In this document: in pieces, positions 9,618 to 11,702 of the stretch | Numbering within the stretch: position 1 is the first letter of the stretch | How the letters are laid out: every line of letters begins with the position of its first letter | Source of the DNA: Octopus sinensis | Lineage: Eukaryota | Assembly (NCBI RefSeq): GCF_006345805.1 | Contig: NW_021826902.1 | Span: 1 to 11,702 of the forward strand | Direction of reading: 5' to 3' | DNA length: 11,702 nt | Position numbers and translations under genes: made by a program | The notes under the pieces: model-generated | Told to the model about the DNA's origin: nothing | What the model saw: only the letters and a program-made list of their open reading frames with translations | The model's database searches: none

Positions 9618-10250
9618 TTTTTACATACGCCTAAGTGCCTCGTCTGCTGAAGAAAAAGTAAGAAATTGCTATACTAATGGCGGATATTGTGGTAGAAAGA
9701 CGTGTATATCACTGACTTATTGCTTTAAGACAATCAGACTGTCTTTTCTTCAATTACATGTCAATTTTGGAAAATGACTGACACTTCAGATTATCTCTTC
9801 TCATTTAGAGCTGGAACTAATAGCTACCAAACGATTAGTTTACCTACTCCAAAAGGGGGACAGTTTCAATAACCCCCAAAATTATTTTGTATGTTATGTA
9901 ATTTGCTTATAATCGATTTTGCAGTTCAAATAGATGCCACTGGCAATTCGGAGTTATTTCTCTTAGCTTATTTTCTTTTCATATATGCAAATTACCTCGG
10001 CCATGTGTTCTACTCTTGTTTTATATTTGTTTAAATGTCTCAGCTGTTAAACATACGTTCCGGAAAGTACTTTATTGATACTGATGACATCTATTGAGGT
10101 AGAAACACGTGATCTTCTTGTCTTCAGACAATCAGACTGTACATGAATATGAAGAATGTCGCTCTTTCGCATTTGGAGTTGGTGCCAATTGATATCAGAC
10201 GACCTACTCTCTTTAGAGGCGGAAATAATTTTAATAAATCAATAATTTAT
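9618..10250 (+). repeat. Diverged ~400-bp tandem direct repeat (about 1.6 copies), each copy carrying a decayed hammerhead motif
   Basis: Collinear shared blocks: TAA(G/A)TG(C/T)CTC..CTG(C/T)T(G/A)AA (9632/10032); ATACT(A/G)ATG....TATTG.GGTAGAAA.ACGTG (9671/10078); perfect AGACAATCAGACTGT (9728-9742 and 10126-10140); CATTT(A/G)GAG(C/T)TGG (9802/10170); ACCTACTC (9842/10202). Confidence 0.8.
10076..10114 (+). ncRNA. Decayed minimal hammerhead motif, copy B (copy A at ~9666-9711)
   Basis: TGATA CTGATGA C-ATCT-ATTG-AGGT-A GAAA CACGTG (ATC). Copy A retains the matching 3' end GTG-TA-TATCA, which is complementary to TGATA. Confidence 0.55.
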
Positions 10251-10287
10251 CTCATAAGTTATTTTAATATACGTACAGTCATTTTTG

Positions 10288-10290
10288 TTA

Positions 10291-10336
<46 letters not shown>

Positions 10337-10348
10337 ATATATATATAT
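10288..10348. repeat. (TA)n microsatellite
   Basis: Near-pure TA run separating two repeat modules. Confidence 0.9.
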
Positions 10349-10497
10349 CACCTCGGATCTTCTTTCTTCTCCTATGTTTCGACGAAGAGCTCCGCTCGAA
10401 ACGTCATACCCTCCTTCCCTTTTTTCCTGAGCGCCTAATAATACTTTATTGTTCCACTCTTTGCGTTTGTTGTCTTTTTTGTTTTCTTGTTGGATTA

Positions 10498-10501
<4 letters not shown>
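10349..10501 (+). mobile_element. ~150-bp Penelope-like 3'-end/pseudo-LTR fragment between (TA)n tracts, with a decayed hammerhead at 10376-10409
   Basis: GTTT C-GACGA A GAGC-TCC-GCTC GAAA CG TC ATAC: perfect 4-bp stem II, GAAA, ACGT palindrome and GUC triplet, but the core lacks one nucleotide (CUGACGA to CGACGA). Followed by a T-rich tail and flanked by TA repeats on both sides. Confidence 0.6.
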
Positions 10502-10534
<33 letters not shown>

Positions 10535-10563
10535 GGATATATATGAATAATACACACACACAC
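10502..10563. repeat. (TA)n/(CA)n microsatellite
   Basis: TA run at 10502-10529 followed by short CA runs. Confidence 0.9.
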
Positions 10564-10594
10564 TCTTTATTATAAAGCCGCAAAACATCAAAGA

Positions 10595-10636
10595 AACTGC
10601 TACTCAGAGTTTCACATACCCGTTCGTCAGACAGTT
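10595..10636 (-). ncRNA. Apparently intact minimal type I hammerhead ribozyme; predicted cleavage after GUA, between 10601 and 10600
   Basis: Minus strand: AACTGT CTGACGA ACG-GGTA-TGT GAAA CTC-T-GAG TA^GCAGTT. Stem I is 6 bp (AACUGU/GCAGUU), the core is CUGANGA, stem II is 3 bp plus a tetraloop, then GAAA, a quasi-palindromic stem III ACUC(U)GAGU, and NUH = GUA. Confidence 0.8.
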
Positions 10637-10687
10637 ATGATTCAGGATTGGAACAAGAAATACTCTCTGGAGAGAGCAGCACCAGAT

Positions 10688-10811
10688 AAACATGAAACGT
10701 ATAGAAGTTCAATGAGGTGCAATTTGTGTCTAACTGAAAAATTCTTCATCCTTTTCCACGATAAATACGCTCTGAACTAAAAGGTTGGAGCTCTTAAATT
10801 TCTGTAGATAA
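10688..10811 (+). pseudogene. Remnant of the C-terminus of a Penelope-like element GIY-YIG endonuclease
   Basis: Translates as KHETYRSSMRCNLCLTEKFFILFHDKYALN-(+1 T at 10778)-KRLELLNFCR*. This matches my recollection of the CxLCLxEK...LNKRxEL...CRH C-terminal motif of invertebrate Penelope-like ORFs. It is absent from the ORF track because it is short and frameshifted. Confidence 0.7.
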
Positions 10812-10958
10812 TCCACGGAGTATGAAATGTCGAGCGAAAAAATACCATACGGGTAACATTGACTTTCGCATTGGAATTCGACTTAGAACCGGCACCACTT
10901 TGTACAACATTTGTTTTACATTTTTGCCTTTCAAGTAAAACTTCGACTGGAAACGAAC

Positions 10959-11240
10959 TATATATTTTATTTTTATTATATATATATAATTTATTTTTAT
11001 TATATATATTATTATATGATATACATATAATTATTTTATTTTTATTACATATATTATTATATTATATACATATATATTATTTTTTTTATCATATATTATC
11101 ATATTATATACATATATATTATTTTATTTTTATTACATATATTGTTATATATATTTTAATTTTTATTTTCATTATTTTATTTGTTATTATTTTACTGTCA
11201 TTATTTTTATTTTCATTATTTATTGTAACTTTTTACTTTT
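10959..11240. repeat. AT-rich degenerate (TTA/TA)n low-complexity region
   Basis: Nearly G/C-free, with recurring TATTATATACATATATATTATT units. Confidence 0.85.
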
Positions 11241-11399
11241 AATTTACACCTTTAATAATCATATGAAAGTTTTTTCTTACATTCGTAATTTAGCCCATAG
11301 AACCTTTCACGTTGATTTTTAATGTACACATAAAAAAGGCAGCCATCATTGCCCAAAATGTGTTGTATAGATACTGAACACCCGAATGAATTTTTTAAC

Positions 11400-11523
11400 C
11401 ATTTTTTTTTAGTTATTATTTTTGAATTTTTTGTTATTTTATTTTATTATTATTATTATTATTATTGCTTAATTATTTTACTATATTCGTTTTTAATTTA
11501 TTATATTATTATTATTATTATTA

Positions 11524-11558
<35 letters not shown>
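11400..11558. repeat. (TAT)n trinucleotide microsatellite
   Basis: TATTATTAT runs at ~11445-11466 and ~11504-11556. Confidence 0.9.
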
Positions 11559-11570
11559 GATTGTTAATAA

Positions 11571-11640
11571 GACAGGAATGCTGACAGAATCTTAGGGGCT
11601 GGACAAACGTTTAGTAATATTTCAAAATCTCTCGTGGAGG
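11571..11640 (+). mobile_element. Highly decayed 5' head of the same SINE family as 8913-9316
   Basis: CTGACAGAATC-TTAGGG-GCTGGACAAACGTTTAGTAATATTT aligns by eye to the head CTGGCAGAAACGTTAGCACGCCGGGCGAAATGCTTAGCGGTATTT. Confidence 0.5.
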
Positions 11641-11702
11641 CGCCATCCAACTAAAAGCAAATATATGGGAAACTACCACCTGTGTCATCTCTTGTGAAGG
11701 GT

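Noticed and set aside
9647-9670. CTGAAGA...GAAA hammerhead-like boxes
   Set aside because: The intervening AAAAGTAA cannot form stem II and there is no stem I or III.
10100-10135. Minus-strand CTGAAGA (10127-10121)
   Set aside because: No downstream GAAA or helices; chance match. The same applies to CTGAGGA at about 3709-3715 inside the transposase.
8913-11640. Inverted SINE pair as a potential dsRNA/ADAR substrate
   Set aside because: The second copy is only about 45-70 bp and highly diverged, so a stable duplex is unlikely.

Overview
AT-rich, microsatellite-laden eukaryotic non-coding DNA, probably octopus or another coleoid cephalopod (inferred from the SINE families and repeat style; not database-verified). 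I cannot support any intact host protein-coding gene; nearly all listed ORFs are read-throughs of simple repeats. Recognisable content: (i) a full-length but inactivated DD37D/maT Tc1/mariner transposon (2654-3955; 24-bp TIRs, TA TSD); (ii) four tRNA-SINE copies or fragments, one with an 11-bp TSD and an internally duplicated core; (iii) several minimal type I hammerhead-ribozyme (HHR) motifs of different sequence families. One HHR is apparently intact (10595-10636, minus strand) and the others are decayed (2209-2260, 9666-9711/10076-10114 in a ~400-bp tandem repeat, 10376-10409). Four of them cluster in about 1 kb next to a frameshifted Penelope-like GIY-YIG C-terminal remnant and are separated by (TA)n tracts, suggesting a nest of Penelope-like elements or retrozymes. 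(iv) Strong minus-strand splice signals near the start, including a candidate recursive (AG|GT) splice site at 359/358.
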